Source: Carcharhinus amblyrhynchos (taxonomy: Eukaryota). Taken from it: 64,000 nucleotides of DNA. Shown one piece after another: positions 25,601-36,290 of this stretch. The stretch's first letter is position 1; every line of letters starts with the position of its first letter. The notes beneath the pieces were generated by a model. It saw only the letters and a program-made list of their open reading frames with translations, did not search any database and was not told the origin of the DNA. Position numbers and translations under genes: made by a program. Location of the stretch: contig OZ336889.1 of NCBI GenBank assembly GCA_965287045.1, positions 37,324,001 through 37,388,000 of the forward strand, in the 5' to 3' direction.

Positions 25601-28600
25601 GCATTTAGCTGGAGGCTGGCAATGGCTTAATTCAGAGAGTTTTACTCTGTTATCTCCTTTTGATGTTGGAGGTTGGGAATGTGGAAGAATCTCAAGGGTA
25701 GTCATTTAACATTAGCTCAATTTAGCTACTTAAAAACATGCACTGTTTTTTGATGAAGAAATGAAGAACTTCTGGTCCATCTCTGGCTTTGAGCCTTTGA
25801 GTAGCTTCCTTGTATTGTGACTAGATATCTAAGGTGCTCTATGATATTACACTTCACCCACCTTGTGCAGCTCTGTAACATTCTTTATTGGGCCCTCTCA
25901 TTTTTTTCATTATTCTTAAGCATTGAGTATGAAAACTAAACTATCAATGCATGTGTTCCATTAATAGAATTGAAAAAGCAAAGGATGAAATTCAAAGGGA
26001 CTTAATAGTTTTAAGTACATTTTTGAATTTTAATATTCCCAGAAATGTAAAATTACTTATCTAAAACACTACTTACCTGAACTGACAGAGGCTGAGGCAG
26101 ATACTTCCCATGCCTGTGCTTGCTTTTAAATATGTTCCCTCAATAAATGGTACCATTTATGTGAAGGATGATTAATTTTGGTTTTTACTTTTGTTAAACT
26201 CAATCATGTAGGACACTAGGCTGACATCTGTTTCTGCAATCAAACTTCGAAAAGAACGAGGCAAAATGAGCCTTGTATTTAGATGCACTCTAAAATATTC
26301 AATCACTGAGACATGTTTAAAGTGCATTTACCGTTGTCATTTTGGCATACAAGCAGCAATGAATTGAATAACCAGCTCATTTTTTTTTTATGGTAGCCGA
26401 GGGGAAATGTTGGCAAGAGAGTGCAAATCCTCACTGCCCTTGATCTGAGGAAGCAGAATAGACAAACAGAGTCTTTGATTTAACATCCCATCCAAAGGAA
26501 CTGTTCCTATGACAGTGCAGCACTTTCTCAGTAATTAAATCAGCCCTGGAAGTGAGGCATGAAAAAGGTTTCAGTTGAAAGCAATAATTCGAGATATGCT
26601 TACAAATGTTACCATTCCTTCTCTAGGTATCATAAAAGTCAAGCTATTTATCTGGAATCCAAGGATAACACGAAGATCAGCTGTGTAATTAGCTCAGTTG
26701 GAACAAATGAGGTACTGTTTCTTTTTCTAACCAGTGTGTTGCGATGTTTTAACATTCTGGCAGATATTTTAATTTTGGGTATTTTATCTTTAAAGCATAA
26801 TCTGGTAACTTAACTTAAACATTCACTTTCTCCACCACTGACCCACAGTGGCAGCAATGTGTACCATATACAAGATGCACTGCAGCAACTTATCAAGGCA
26901 CCTTTGACAGCACTGTCTAAACCTGTGACCTTTTTTCACCTAAAAGGACAAGGGCAGCAGATGCATGGGAATTCCACCAACAAAGTTCTTTTTCAAGCCC
27001 CACACCTTCCTGACTTGGAACAATATTACCGTTCCATCAATCAGTGGATCAAAATCCTGCAACACCCTCCCTAACAGCTCTATGGATGTACCTGCCGTAG
27101 ATGGTCGGTAGTGGTTCAAGACGGCAGCTCACAACCATCTTATCTAAAAGCAGTTAGGGCCGGTGAATAAATGCTGGCCTAGCCGGTGACATCCACATCC
27201 TGCGAAAGTATTTTTAAACATCAAAATGATTTACAGTTGGAAAACAAATCTTGAATCTTATTATGTACCTTTAATCCATATAAATAATTACATCAATTTT
27301 ACAGTCAAAATTCAATAAGACATTTCCCTTATACAGCAAAATCCATAAATAGACTGGTATCACGTTTTTAAAGTCCTCACTTTAATCAATAGATCTTATT
27401 TATTTATTAATTGACCTAATTTTATTGACCATTTCCACCTAGTGTTGTTTTAAATATTTCACATCTTTTTCATTTCACATTACTAGGTTTGGAAATAGTT
27501 TTGAATGCGTGTAAACTTACTCCACTGTTCAGTTCTTCTATAAAATATATTAATTCAGATTAGCATGACACTTGCTGTTCAGTTTCATTGCTGTTTTGTG
27601 ATTCAGAAACGCATCTTGATGTAATTGGTATGCAGAGTAGGCTTTCGTAGCAGGATCTTGTTTGCTGGAACAAAACTCTGATGTAATCAGCTGAAATGAT
27701 TATTGTTGATTACACATAAGAAAGCATCATATTCAGACGCTGATACAATACGTTTTTGAGCTTGATTACTTTGTATGTTTGTGTGAGTTTTTCAATGTAA
27801 TGATCAAAGTTTAATGCTTCTGTGTTTTCTAACCTATTAAAGTCATTGGGATGAAAATCATGACCAGTGAGCACAGATTTGAAAATCCCTGCCTAGTATC
27901 TGTTCCTATTTGCTGTACCAATCTCTGTTGAGAGCTAAAGAAGAGCACACTTGTCTCTTGAGTCAGACAGTTGTGGGTTAAACTCCCAATTCAGAGACTT
28001 TAGCATAAAATCTAGGTTGATACTTCAGTGTAGCACCTGGTTTGGTTAAGGCGTTAAATCATGTGTTATCCGGGTACAGTAACATAATGGTGATATTACT
28101 GGATCAGTAATGCAGAGGCCTTGACTACTAAACCAGAGGCATGTGTTCAGAAGCTACAATTCTAGCTTGCGAGTTGAATAACTTGTATAGCAATTTTAAC
28201 ATAATCACCTTGAGATGCTGTATTATCAGGATCATTGTTTTAAAAAAAAGAATGACACTGGACCACATAAATAGATATTGGGTCAGATAGCCAAGCTTTG
28301 TCAAAGAGAGAGGTTTTATGGAGTGAATTAAAAGAGGAAAGGAAGGTAGAAAGGTTACGAAAGAGTCCAAGTTATGGACCTAGGCGACTGAAAACATGGC
28401 CACCAGTGGTGGAGCAATTAAAATTGGTGATGCACAAGAGACCAGAGTAGATGAGGGCAGGTATCTTGGAGGGTTGTGAAGCTGGAGGAGATTACAAGTT
28501 AGGGGAGGGGTGAGGTAATAGAAGAATTTAAAGCTAAGGATGAGAATTCTTGTTGCTTGATCAGAAGCCAATGTAGGTCAATGAATATGGGTGATAGGGG

Positions 28601-31600
28601 AACGAGACTTGCTGCTAGTTAAGATAAGGGCAGCTAGTTCTAGATGATCTGTAGTGTACAGAGGATAGAATGTAGGAAACCTGTCGGGAGTGTGGTGGAA
28701 TAGTTGTCTAGCGGTAACAAAGACATGATTGAGGATTTGAACAAAGGGTAAGGAGTGACTTGGACATAGTTTGACAATGTTATGGAGGTGGAAATAAATG
28801 GACTGGTTTAGTCATGGGAAGAAAATGTGTTCGGAAGCTCATCTTGGGATCAAATGTGACACCTAGGTAGAAACAGACTGTTGCCAGCAAGAGGGCTCAA
28901 GTTGATAGTTAGGTACCCGAGTATGAAACTGAGACCCGAAATAATGGTTTCAGTCTTCCTGATATTTAATTGGAGGAAATATTTACTCATTCAGTACTGG
29001 ATGTTGGACAAACTGTCTGTCTTAGCAACAGTGGAGGAGTCAAGAGTGGTGGCAGTGAGGAAGATATGGATGCCATCAATACACACAAAGAAAAGAATGC
29101 CATGCTATCCAATGAACTCACCAAGGCACAACACGTAGATAAGAAATACGAGGGGGATTAGGTAGATAGAAATGGAGCCTCCCATCCAACTAGATAAGAG
29201 TGAAGAAGTGTTCAATGAGGCTTAACCGTGTCAAAGGCTGCAGACGGGTTGAGAAGAACCAGAAGGGAAAGTTTACTTCTGTCACACTCGCATAGGAATT
29301 CTTGTAATTAAATAAATCTGGATCAAAAAGCTGGTAAAAGTAATGATGACTCTGAATCCAGATTGGGTTATTGGAAAATCTCAACTAGTTCATAATGCCT
29401 TTTAGGTTAGGAAACCTGCTATCCTTATTCCAACAGGTCCCCGTGACTCCAGACCTGTATCGGTGTAGTTGATTCTTAGTTGTCCTGAGAAATGGCCCTA
29501 GCAAACCACTAAGGTGACTTACTACCTTCTCTTTGAGGGGAGTTAAAGGTGGACAATAAACACTGGTCTTGCCACATCCCAGAAATAAATAATATAGTAG
29601 AAAGAGGCCATATTTGCCCTCTGACAGCACTATTCAAAGGCCTGCTGCCTTGACCAATATTTATCCCTCTATCAGTATCACCGAAAACAGAAATAGCACG
29701 TCTTTATCTCATTCTTACTTCATGGAGCCTTGTTTTTGAAAATTGATCGCCATGTTTTCCCACATCAGAACAGTGACTTTCTTTTTGGGGATGGCGGGTG
29801 GGGGTAATGTGGGGGAAGAGTTTTCATGAACTGACTGGATTTTCCACAGACCTTTAGGAGTTTGCTACAAAAATCTGATGTCTGATTCATTTAAATAGAG
29901 CAGATATAAATTGTGCAGAACTACGAAAAAAAATCTAGCGTTTAAATAATAAGGGCTGATGCTTGCAAGTTGAATTGTTGGGAGCAACGTAAGACAGAGT
30001 GACAGCAATATTTCATCTCTTAGTAGTTGAACGATACATTGGAAAGTTCAGTTTTATTTTTGAATGTATTAAGTTTTATCTGCGCGTTCTGGGGTTCTTG
30101 CATTCCTAGCTATAATATCTTAGAATTTGTTTTTTTACTTGGATGTTCTAATATTCTAGCAATTTTAAAGATTTCATTTTTCTACTGCCAGCTAAATACC
30201 CTGGATCTAAGCACGCATGTTCAATTTAAAACAGAAAATGCTGAAAACATTCAGCAACTCTGTTTCTCTCCACAGAGGATGCCATAAGTTAACGTTTCAG
30301 AGCTGTGACCTCTCATCAAAGAACTGGGAAAAGTTAGAGAAGTAATAGGTTTTGAGGAAGGATTGGATGGGACAAAGACAAAAGGAAGACCTGTGGTGGC
30401 CTGGAGAGTTAGTCTTCCAGCATGGCAAGCAAAGTAGCAAAGAACCAAAAGATGAACCTAGAGCAGCTGTGTTGCTGACTGAAGAAAGAATAAAACATGC
30501 AAAGGGAAAGGAAACAAAATGGAGCACAGATGATGATCTGAAGTTGTTGAACTCAGCAGAAGTCCAAAAGTCTATAATGTGCCTAATCATTGAGGTGCTT
30601 TTCTTATGTTGAGATGCACTTCAATGAGTTGACCAAGGACATAAATGACACAAAAGCAAAGTGAAGAATTAAAATCAAGTAGAAAAAGTTATCTAATGTT
30701 GATTCCAATTTCTACTTTTAGTTTCACAAGATCCACCTGACTTGTTCCTCCCCCTCCTTGACTTCTGTCTCTCTTTCTGGGATTTCTTTTTTTATTCATC
30801 TGTGGGATGTGGACGTCACTGGCTGGCCAGCATTTATTGTGCAACCCTGGTTGCCAGAGGATAATTGAGAGTCGGTCATGTTGCTGTGACTCTGGAGTCA
30901 CATGTAGGCCAGATGAGGCAAATTTCCTTCCCTAAAGGACATGAGTGAATTAGAAGGGTTTTTCTGAAAATTAGCAATGGCTTTATGGTCATCAGTAGAT
31001 TCGTATTTCCAGATTTTTTAAATTGAATTCAAATTCCACCATCTGCCATGGTGGGATTCAAACGGGCCCCCAGAGCATTAGCTGAGTTTCTGGATTAATA
31101 GTCTAGCGATAATACCACTAGGCCTTCGTCTCCGCAGGATCGATCTCAGTTTATATTCCCCTGACTCCCTCAACTTCATTTTCTCACACTCTACACCCTG
31201 TATTGATTCCATTCCATTCCATTCTCCCAGTTCTTCCATCTCCATTGCATCTGTTTTGTTGATGCAACCTTCCATTATGTTTTTTTTATATTTATTCGAA
31301 GGAAGTAGGCTTTGCTGGCTAGGCCAGCATTCATTATTAATCCCTAATTACCTTTGAGAAGGTGATGGTGAGTTACCTTCTTGAACTGCAGTCCCTGAGT
31401 TGTAATTCATCCCCAGTGCTGTTAGGGAGGGTATCTGTGCCCCTGAGTTTTTTTCCCAACTGAGGAATCCACTCTGCTATGGTTGAAAGGCTGTCAACCA
31501 TATCTGCCACATTTCCCGCACTTCTGCTCTCACCCCTTCCCCTATCTCCTAGAATCACAGTGAGGTTTCCCTTGTCCTTGTTCTCCACCCCACCAGTCTC

Positions 31601-32112
31601 AGTATTTAACAGATCATTTTCTGCCATTTCTGCTACCTCCAGTGGGAAGTCACCACCAAAAACATCCTTATTACGTAAGGACTGTTCCTTCCGTGACACC
31701 CTTCCATCCTGAGTCCAACTCTGTTGAATTTCTGAGTTTTCGCAGTTCTGATGAAGGTTTACAGGCCTGAAGCATTAACTCTGATTCTCCCCACAGATAC
31801 TGTGATAACCTGCTGAGTGTTTCCAGAATTTTCTGTTTATTTCAAATTTCCAGCGTCCAAAGTATTCTGATTATCCATGTATGCTTAATCTTATGTGATA
31901 GCAACTTTTTAAAAAAACTTTTTTAACCTATCAGACATTGTATTTAATTTTAAAACTTTGCATTTTTGGCTTATTCATATCTATTGATCCAGTTGTATTT
32001 TTGTTTCTCTCAGATATGGGTGAGGAAGACAAGTGATAGCACAAAGATGCGTATATATCTGGGACAGCTACATAGAGGAGTATTCATTTTACGGAGACGA
32101 TCTGCTGCCTAG
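4634..32112 (+). CDS. SUDS3: SUDS3 / SDS3 Sin3A corepressor complex component; 5'-partial, 10 coding exons joined: 4634-4689, 8366-8437, 10897-10916, 14960-15116, 15470-15565, 17459-17520, 20601-20622, 20766-20871, 26627-26711, 32014-32112
   Basis: Spliced translation [62 protein letters not shown]...[42 protein letters not shown]...[15 protein letters not shown]...[32 protein letters not shown] matches recalled vertebrate SDS3. Exon phases are mutually consistent (775 nt = 1 + 258 codons). Confidence 0.97.
4835..5240 (+). mobile_element. Deu-domain SINE (SacSINE1/AmnSINE1-like), decayed
   Basis: gagacgttaaa...tttgaagaaaagctagggagctctcccc...tatttatc; homologous to 16890-17320. Confidence 0.6.
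5385..6030 (-). mobile_element. Penelope-like element remnant (GIY-YIG endonuclease C-terminus plus pLTR)
   Basis: Frameshifted YCIHCSQC / GDCFAEYL / HFNSP / LEEHHLIF pieces in ORFs 5682..5876 and 5743..5943. Confidence 0.75.
6050..6368 (+). mobile_element. HE1-like V-SINE with CR1-derived tail
   Basis: tRNA head agcactgctgcctca...ggttcaatcc, V-domain tgtggagtttgcacattctc, tail atggcctcctgcactgtaggg. Confidence 0.85.
7255..7575 (+). mobile_element. tRNA-derived SINE with LINE tail
   Basis: Ends gatgcccacatcctatgaaataatgaaaaaaa, like the LINE tail at ~27190. Confidence 0.7.
7580..8240 (-). mobile_element. CR1 LINE 3' fragment
   Basis: ORF 7719..8036 [26 protein letters not shown]...VVNLWNSLP. 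Confidence 0.9.
8366..8437 (+). CDS. SUDS3: SUDS3 exon (72 nt) [24 protein letters not shown]
   Basis: TAG acceptor, GTTAGT donor, in-phase translation. Confidence 0.95.
9340..10697 (+). mobile_element. CR1 LINE 3' fragment interrupted by a Penelope-derived insertion
   Basis: [22 protein letters not shown] | [10 protein letters not shown]...KCEVMHFG. Confidence 0.9.
9487..9783 (+). mobile_element. Penelope-like pLTR fragment with 13-bp target-site duplication
   Basis: tgagaatatagga at 9474-9486 and 9784-9796; ends shared with the 34390 and 37820 copies. Confidence 0.8.
10897..10916 (+). CDS. SUDS3: SUDS3 micro-exon (20 nt) ELFLQLE
   Basis: Strong polypyrimidine tract plus CAG acceptor, GTGAGT donor; supplies the missing residues and phase. 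Confidence 0.93.
11347..11625 (+). mobile_element. HE1-like V-SINE (alternative tail ggggattttcacag...aataaa)
   Basis: ggcacggtggcacagtg head, V-domain. Confidence 0.85.
12370..14460 (-). mobile_element. Long decayed CR1 LINE
   Basis: CR1 3' tail at 12370-12430 followed by RT/ORF2 remnants on the minus strand. Confidence 0.75.
14960..15116 (+). CDS. SUDS3: SUDS3 exon (157 nt) [23 protein letters not shown]...MELTG, coiled coil
   Basis: Visible in ORF 14870..15124; CAG acceptor, GTGTGT donor. Confidence 0.97.
15470..15565 (+). CDS. SUDS3: SUDS3 exon (96 nt) [32 protein letters not shown]
   Basis: CAG acceptor; ends at U12-type donor ATATCCTT. Confidence 0.96.
15655..15905 (-). mobile_element. 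HE1-like V-SINE inside the U12 intron
   Basis: Reverse complement of the V-domain and tail. Confidence 0.85.
15915..16125 (+). mobile_element. CR1 3' end
   Basis: tgtgggccgaagggcctgtttgtgctgtagtgttctatgttct tail; reverse copy at 39170-39280. Confidence 0.75.
16890..17320 (-). mobile_element. Near full-length Deu-domain SINE
   Basis: Reverse complement has ctaggttgacactccagtgcagta...gctgcactgtcaaaggtgcagtctttcaggtgagacattaaattgaggtcctgtctg...ccatggcataattttgaagagc. Confidence 0.75.
17459..17520 (+). CDS. SUDS3: SUDS3 exon (62 nt) [21 protein letters not shown] (Sin3-interacting region)
   Basis: Follows the U12 AC acceptor; GTGATT donor at 17521. Confidence 0.95.
18450..18670 (+). mobile_element. 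tRNA-derived SINE (third family), nested in CR1
   Basis: agctaagttg...ggttcaattcc A/B boxes; homologous copy at 36075-36290. Confidence 0.7.
19459..19700. mobile_element. Penelope-like pLTR fragment with inverted halves
   Basis: aaaactcagcagg...tgtggagag versus ctccacagat...tgagtttttccagcatttt. Confidence 0.65.
20601..20622 (+). CDS. SUDS3: SUDS3 micro-exon (22 nt) LKSPKRP
   Basis: Polypyrimidine tract plus CAG acceptor, GTAGTT donor. Confidence 0.93.
20766..20871 (+). CDS. SUDS3: SUDS3 exon (106 nt) [36 protein letters not shown]
   Basis: CAG acceptor after a 143-nt intron; GTGAGT donor. Confidence 0.96.
21212..21230 (+). promoter_or_regulatory. Candidate CTCF site
   Basis: aggCCACTAGATGGtggta resembles the CTCF core consensus; motif match only. 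Confidence 0.4.
22189..22844 (+). mobile_element. Probable solo LTR (Gypsy-like)
   Basis: Starts TG, ends ggggtctggtctgattcataata; similar end to the 50823 element; no clear TSD. Confidence 0.45.
24110..24640 (-). mobile_element. Decayed CR1 3' fragment
   Basis: cccagaactgaatgcag...ggtctgactaagg and aattccacaac motifs. Confidence 0.6.
24690..25000 (-). mobile_element. HE1-like V-SINE
   Basis: Full reverse-complement copy with CR1-type tail. Confidence 0.85.
26627..26711 (+). CDS. SUDS3: SUDS3 exon (85 nt) [28 protein letters not shown]
   Basis: TAG acceptor, GTACTG donor; lies within ORF 26559..26813. Confidence 0.96.
26820..27215 (+). mobile_element. CR1/L2-type LINE 3' end
   Basis: aaggacaagggcagcagatgcatggg...aataaatgctggcctagcc...cacatcc. 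Confidence 0.75.
28250..29310 (-). mobile_element. Decayed L2-type LINE splitting a SINE (28085-28250 / 29310-29590)
   Basis: L2-like remnants (cagtactggatgttggacaa); SINE halves on either side. Confidence 0.55.
30228..31870. mobile_element. Penelope-like element with inverted 5' portion and nested SINE
   Basis: Minus-strand AEFNNFR C-terminus and pLTR at 30228-30660; plus-strand ORF remnant 31140-31730 and pLTR 31745-31870. Confidence 0.7.
32014..32112 (+). CDS. SUDS3: SUDS3 last coding exon [32 protein letters not shown]
   Basis: CAG acceptor; TAG stop at 32110-32112. Confidence 0.96.
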   Translation: MWVRKTSDSTKMRIYLGQLHRGVFILRRRSAA

Positions 32113-33780
32113 CACTCTTGCCAAAACACGTTGGAGACTGAGACCTTGCTGTTGTCTCTCTGCCCAGAGAGTGAATCCTCCCTGGTTTTTGTATGGAAAT
32201 CTGTATTAATACAAGCAAACTTAGTGACAGACTGGAGAACGTGTAATTTGAAGACTCTTTCCAATGCCAGTTCTGACGATTGTGTATATTTTTAAGAATA
32301 AAATGCGTCTTTTCAAGGATTTTCTTTATTTTCATCATCCTCCAAGATGAAGTTGACCATTCTTTATGGCTGCAAACCGCCAGTTTGTGGATTGTTACAT
32401 TTATTCTGAACAACAAGATGACAAGCAGTTTTGCTTCATTGCTGGACAATCTGGGAGATCTGAATCTGAACAATTCAGTCACTTTTTTTTGCGAGGAATA
32501 TGTTTTGTACATGCTGTTTATTTTGTAATAGAATACTTTACCATAGTCACTATTGGACACAGGCCAAAAACATGTATTTTTTTTTTGTTTTAAAAAGTGT
32601 ATTAAATAACCTTGTTTCTTTGAACAAATCAACCTGAGTTTGTTTTATAGTTTTCTGTAACCTTTAATAAAACTGAAAAAGGTGGTGGAAGCCTGATTTT
32701 GGTTAACACTGTGTTATGATCTACATTACCAAGTTGTTCTCTCTTTTTCCTATAAATTAGTATTTCATAGCCTTTAATATTGGAGCAGAATCCAGTCAAA
32801 TGCTGCTCTAATTTCATTCTATTAACCTGATTGTCGGTGTGCAAACTATATTTTGAAGCTGTCCCTAAGAACACTCATGGTAAATGACAGGTGATTCAAT
32901 AAGCTTAGAGCTTCCTCTGTTTGGTTTGACTTTCAAGAAGGTTTTGAAATACTTGAAGCATTTTGCTACTGCAGAAACAACATTCGGGAGATTAGATTAA
33001 ATAAAAAAAACCTTTTGTAAGCACACACAAGTGATCCCTAAAAACTAGTAATGAATGCATTATCTCTGTATAACTGCTGTGCAAAAAGCATCCGTTGGAG
33101 CTTTTGCTGTTGCTTCCACTTTCCTTGCTATCATTTAATTCTGCAATTGAATGGAGGCGTTATTGAGTTGGGAAAATCGAATTGTGGGCTTTAGACATTA
33201 TTTGACAAATAGGATTTAGCAGCAGTATCATCCAAGTAAGACATTTGATGCACGAACCTCATTTTGGGAAATAAACCTAAAGTAAACTTAGTTTTTGTTT
33301 TGCTTCAACCTCTAGAAAGAACTTGAAAGCATATTAGCTTTCTTACTAGGATGATACTGCTGCTAATTCCTATTTATCAAAAGCAAAATAATGTTAAGTC
33401 TGAAATCATTTGAATTCTCCATGCATGATAAGGGAATTCAATTGATTATATGTCCAACAAAACTTGTTCATTTGGCTGGGTACGTACTCTAAAAGCCCAC
33501 AGTTTATTACTAGTTGTGTTGCTCAAATTGTTTTTTTTATCAATGTGATGGCATCATTTTCATAAATGTCCATTTAGACTTTTTTTATATGACGTAGGAG
33601 ATTGGAATTGCTGTACATATATGGCCCATGGTAAACCTTTGAGTTACAGATGCAATTATTGGCAAATAATGGAGGGATACCATGCTACATCAATACAATG
33701 AATAATACAATTAAAACTGCAACTGCATTTATTCGTCTTTAGCAATCAAAATAAAAAGTTTTTGCACTGCACATACTATT
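32113..33780 (+). other. SUDS3: Putative SUDS3 3' UTR with several poly(A) signals
   Basis: AT-rich and free of recognisable repeats; AATAAA at 32297, 32666, 33000, 33270 and 33750 (the last followed by U-rich sequence). The true end is not determinable from sequence alone. Confidence 0.6.
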
Positions 33781-34389
33781 CTTTACAGTCTATTTTTGAC
33801 TACAACAAAGGAATTTGTTCTTTATTTTTGAAATGGTGTGTCAAACAAGATGCCTGCTAACTTTGGAGATGTTGCTGTTTTTTAAGTCATTGACATTTTT
33901 ACTGATGTTTTGTCAGATAAAGGTATCTCAAGAAATTGATATATTGCTTATGAATCCCAAATAATTCAACCAGAACATAATACAATAGTGAATACTTTGC
34001 CTATGGGTTTTTTCTAGTTAAAAACTGCATTTTTTCTAAAGTTTAACAATATTACCAACATGTATGAAAAGTTGCCATTTAAGTTTATATCCTTGCATCT
34101 AATTTAAATACTGTTCAACCATGTGGGGTTATTGACATAGTGTATTATTTCACTGTGTAGATAAAAATTGAAATGACCATTTTAAAAAATGCCTGCATTA
34201 AATAGCGCCTTTCATGTCCTCTGGGCATTCCAAAGTGCTTCACAGCCAAAGTCATTGACTTAAGACATTAAGTCTCTTCTAGTTGCTACTCGGCCTGATC
34301 AATGATTTCTGGCTTTTTTGTTTTTTTTTAATTGCTTTTGAAGTATGATCACTGTTGCAAGTAGACAGATGTGGCATGAAATAAATGAT

Positions 34390-34600
34390 GCGGAGGTGCT
34401 GACATTGGACTGGGATGGGCACAGAAGTCTTACACCAGATTAAACATGATTCCAAATTAACAGGTTTATTTGGAATCATGAGGTTTTGGAGCACTGCCCC
34501 TTCATCCATTCATCCCGCTCCTGAAGGAGCAGCACTCTGAAAGCTCGTGATTCCAAATAAACCAGTTGGACTTCAACCTGATGTTGTGAGACTTCTTACT
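34390..34600. mobile_element. Penelope-derived inverted pLTR element
   Basis: TSD atgaaataa(a/c)tgat at 34376-34389 and 34601-34614; inverted halves. Confidence 0.8.
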
Positions 34601-34934
34601 ATGAAATAACTGATCAGTTAATCTGTTTGAAGATGACATTGGTTCAGCGATAGTTGTAAGCCAGGACTCTGAAACTACCCAAACCAAAGCAAAATGCTCC
34701 AGATTCTGAAAATGTTTGCTAAAGACAGACTTTTGGAAACACTCAGTACAGGCATCATCTGTGGTGAGAAAAATAGTTAATGCTTCAGACTTTAGGTTTA
34801 TAACTCAAAATCATCTTTGAATAGTGGGTAAATATGGGTAAATCTCATTTTAATATCTATCTCCAGCAAAACAGGAATTCCTCAGACTAGATTGTGCTGA
34901 AGTTCTGAGATAATGCTATCACTGGGTCAAGCTT

Positions 34935-35215
34935 ATGGCACGATGGTTAGCACAGCTGCCTCACAGTGCCAGAAACCTGGGTTCGATTCCCAGCTTGGGT
35001 CACTGTGGAGTCTGCATGTTCTCCCTATGCATGTGTTTCTTCTGGGTGCTGTGGTTTCCTTCCACACTCCGAAATATGTATTGGTTAGATGCGTTGGTCA
35101 TGCTAAACTCTCTCTCTGTACCAGAACAGGTGTCGGAGTATGGCAACTTGGGGATTTTCGCAGTAACTGCAATGTTAATGTAATCCTACTTGTGACAATA
35201 ATGAATAAACTTTAA
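34935..35215 (+). mobile_element. HE1-like V-SINE
   Basis: tRNA head, V-domain, tail. Confidence 0.85.
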
Positions 35216-36074
35216 ACTTGCAATTGTAATGACAATCAACCAGAATTACTACTGCTTGTTCTGGCTATTGATTATGGGGATTTTTTTTATTTCTACAGTT
35301 GTACTGGCATTATATTATATTTACAGATTACCTGTACTGCTGTAGATAGCATATAAATTTTGGCTATGATCTATTAGCACCGTTTGTTTAAATGCGGATC
35401 TTAATAAGTGCAGAAAAATAAATCCCATCTGTCCCTGGAGTAGTATCAGTTAAATGCCCCAATTTTTGTTGGGCTACTAGTTTCTATTATGTATTTGTGA
35501 CTAACTAGCGCTGATAAAGCACTCTGAGAAACATGCAGGTGTTCCTGGCACCATTAGTTGGTACCATTAGTCAGTACCAATAAAAATGGTTTAATGTTGC
35601 AAGAGTTAGTATATTGAAACACAAGGAAACTGATGCCTGAAGTAGTTCTGTGGCAATTCCAAATACCAGATGGACTGTAGCAATTCAAGGTGACTCTCAA
35701 CCACCTGCAAGGAAAATTGGGGATAAACAATAAATGCTGGCCATGCTAACAAACTCATCTTGCGAATATATTTTATAAGTCAGTAATTACAAGGTAGAGA
35801 ACTGCGTGTATTCAGAATTTTTAATTTTAATCAGTATCATTAATACTGATTATTTTGCTCAGTTTTAAAATTCAAATCTGTATGGCATTGTCCCTCCCAT
35901 TGTCAGCAACCTCCGGCCTTTCGACCCTCTTAAGGAATACATTTCTTTAATTTTGACCTTCTGCCACCTCCACAATTGCTGGCTGTGGTTTAAGCTTTGG
36001 ATTCCCCCCTCACCCCCCCATAAATTTCTGCTACTTTCCCTGATCATTTACGACCCTGGTTACAGTTGACCTCT

Positions 36075-36290
36075 TGGTGTTAGTTAGCTCAGTTGACTGG
36101 ACAGCTGGCTTGTGATGCAGAGCAACGCCAGCAGCATGGGTTCAATTGCTGTCCCAGCTGAGGTTCTTCACGGATGCCTGCCTTCTAAATCTTGTCTCTT
36201 GCCTGAGGCATGGTGATCCTTAAGTTAAAATCACCACCAATCAGCTCTCCTCCTCAATCTGGGACAACAACCTTATCTTTAGGGTGGCAC
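36075..36290 (+). mobile_element. tRNA-derived SINE within an L2 3' remnant (35860-36420)
   Basis: Homologous to 18450-18670. Confidence 0.7.

Noticed and set aside
32084-32632. 182-aa antisense ORF over the SUDS3 3' end
   Set aside because: No recognisable domain; likely a chance open frame in the UTR
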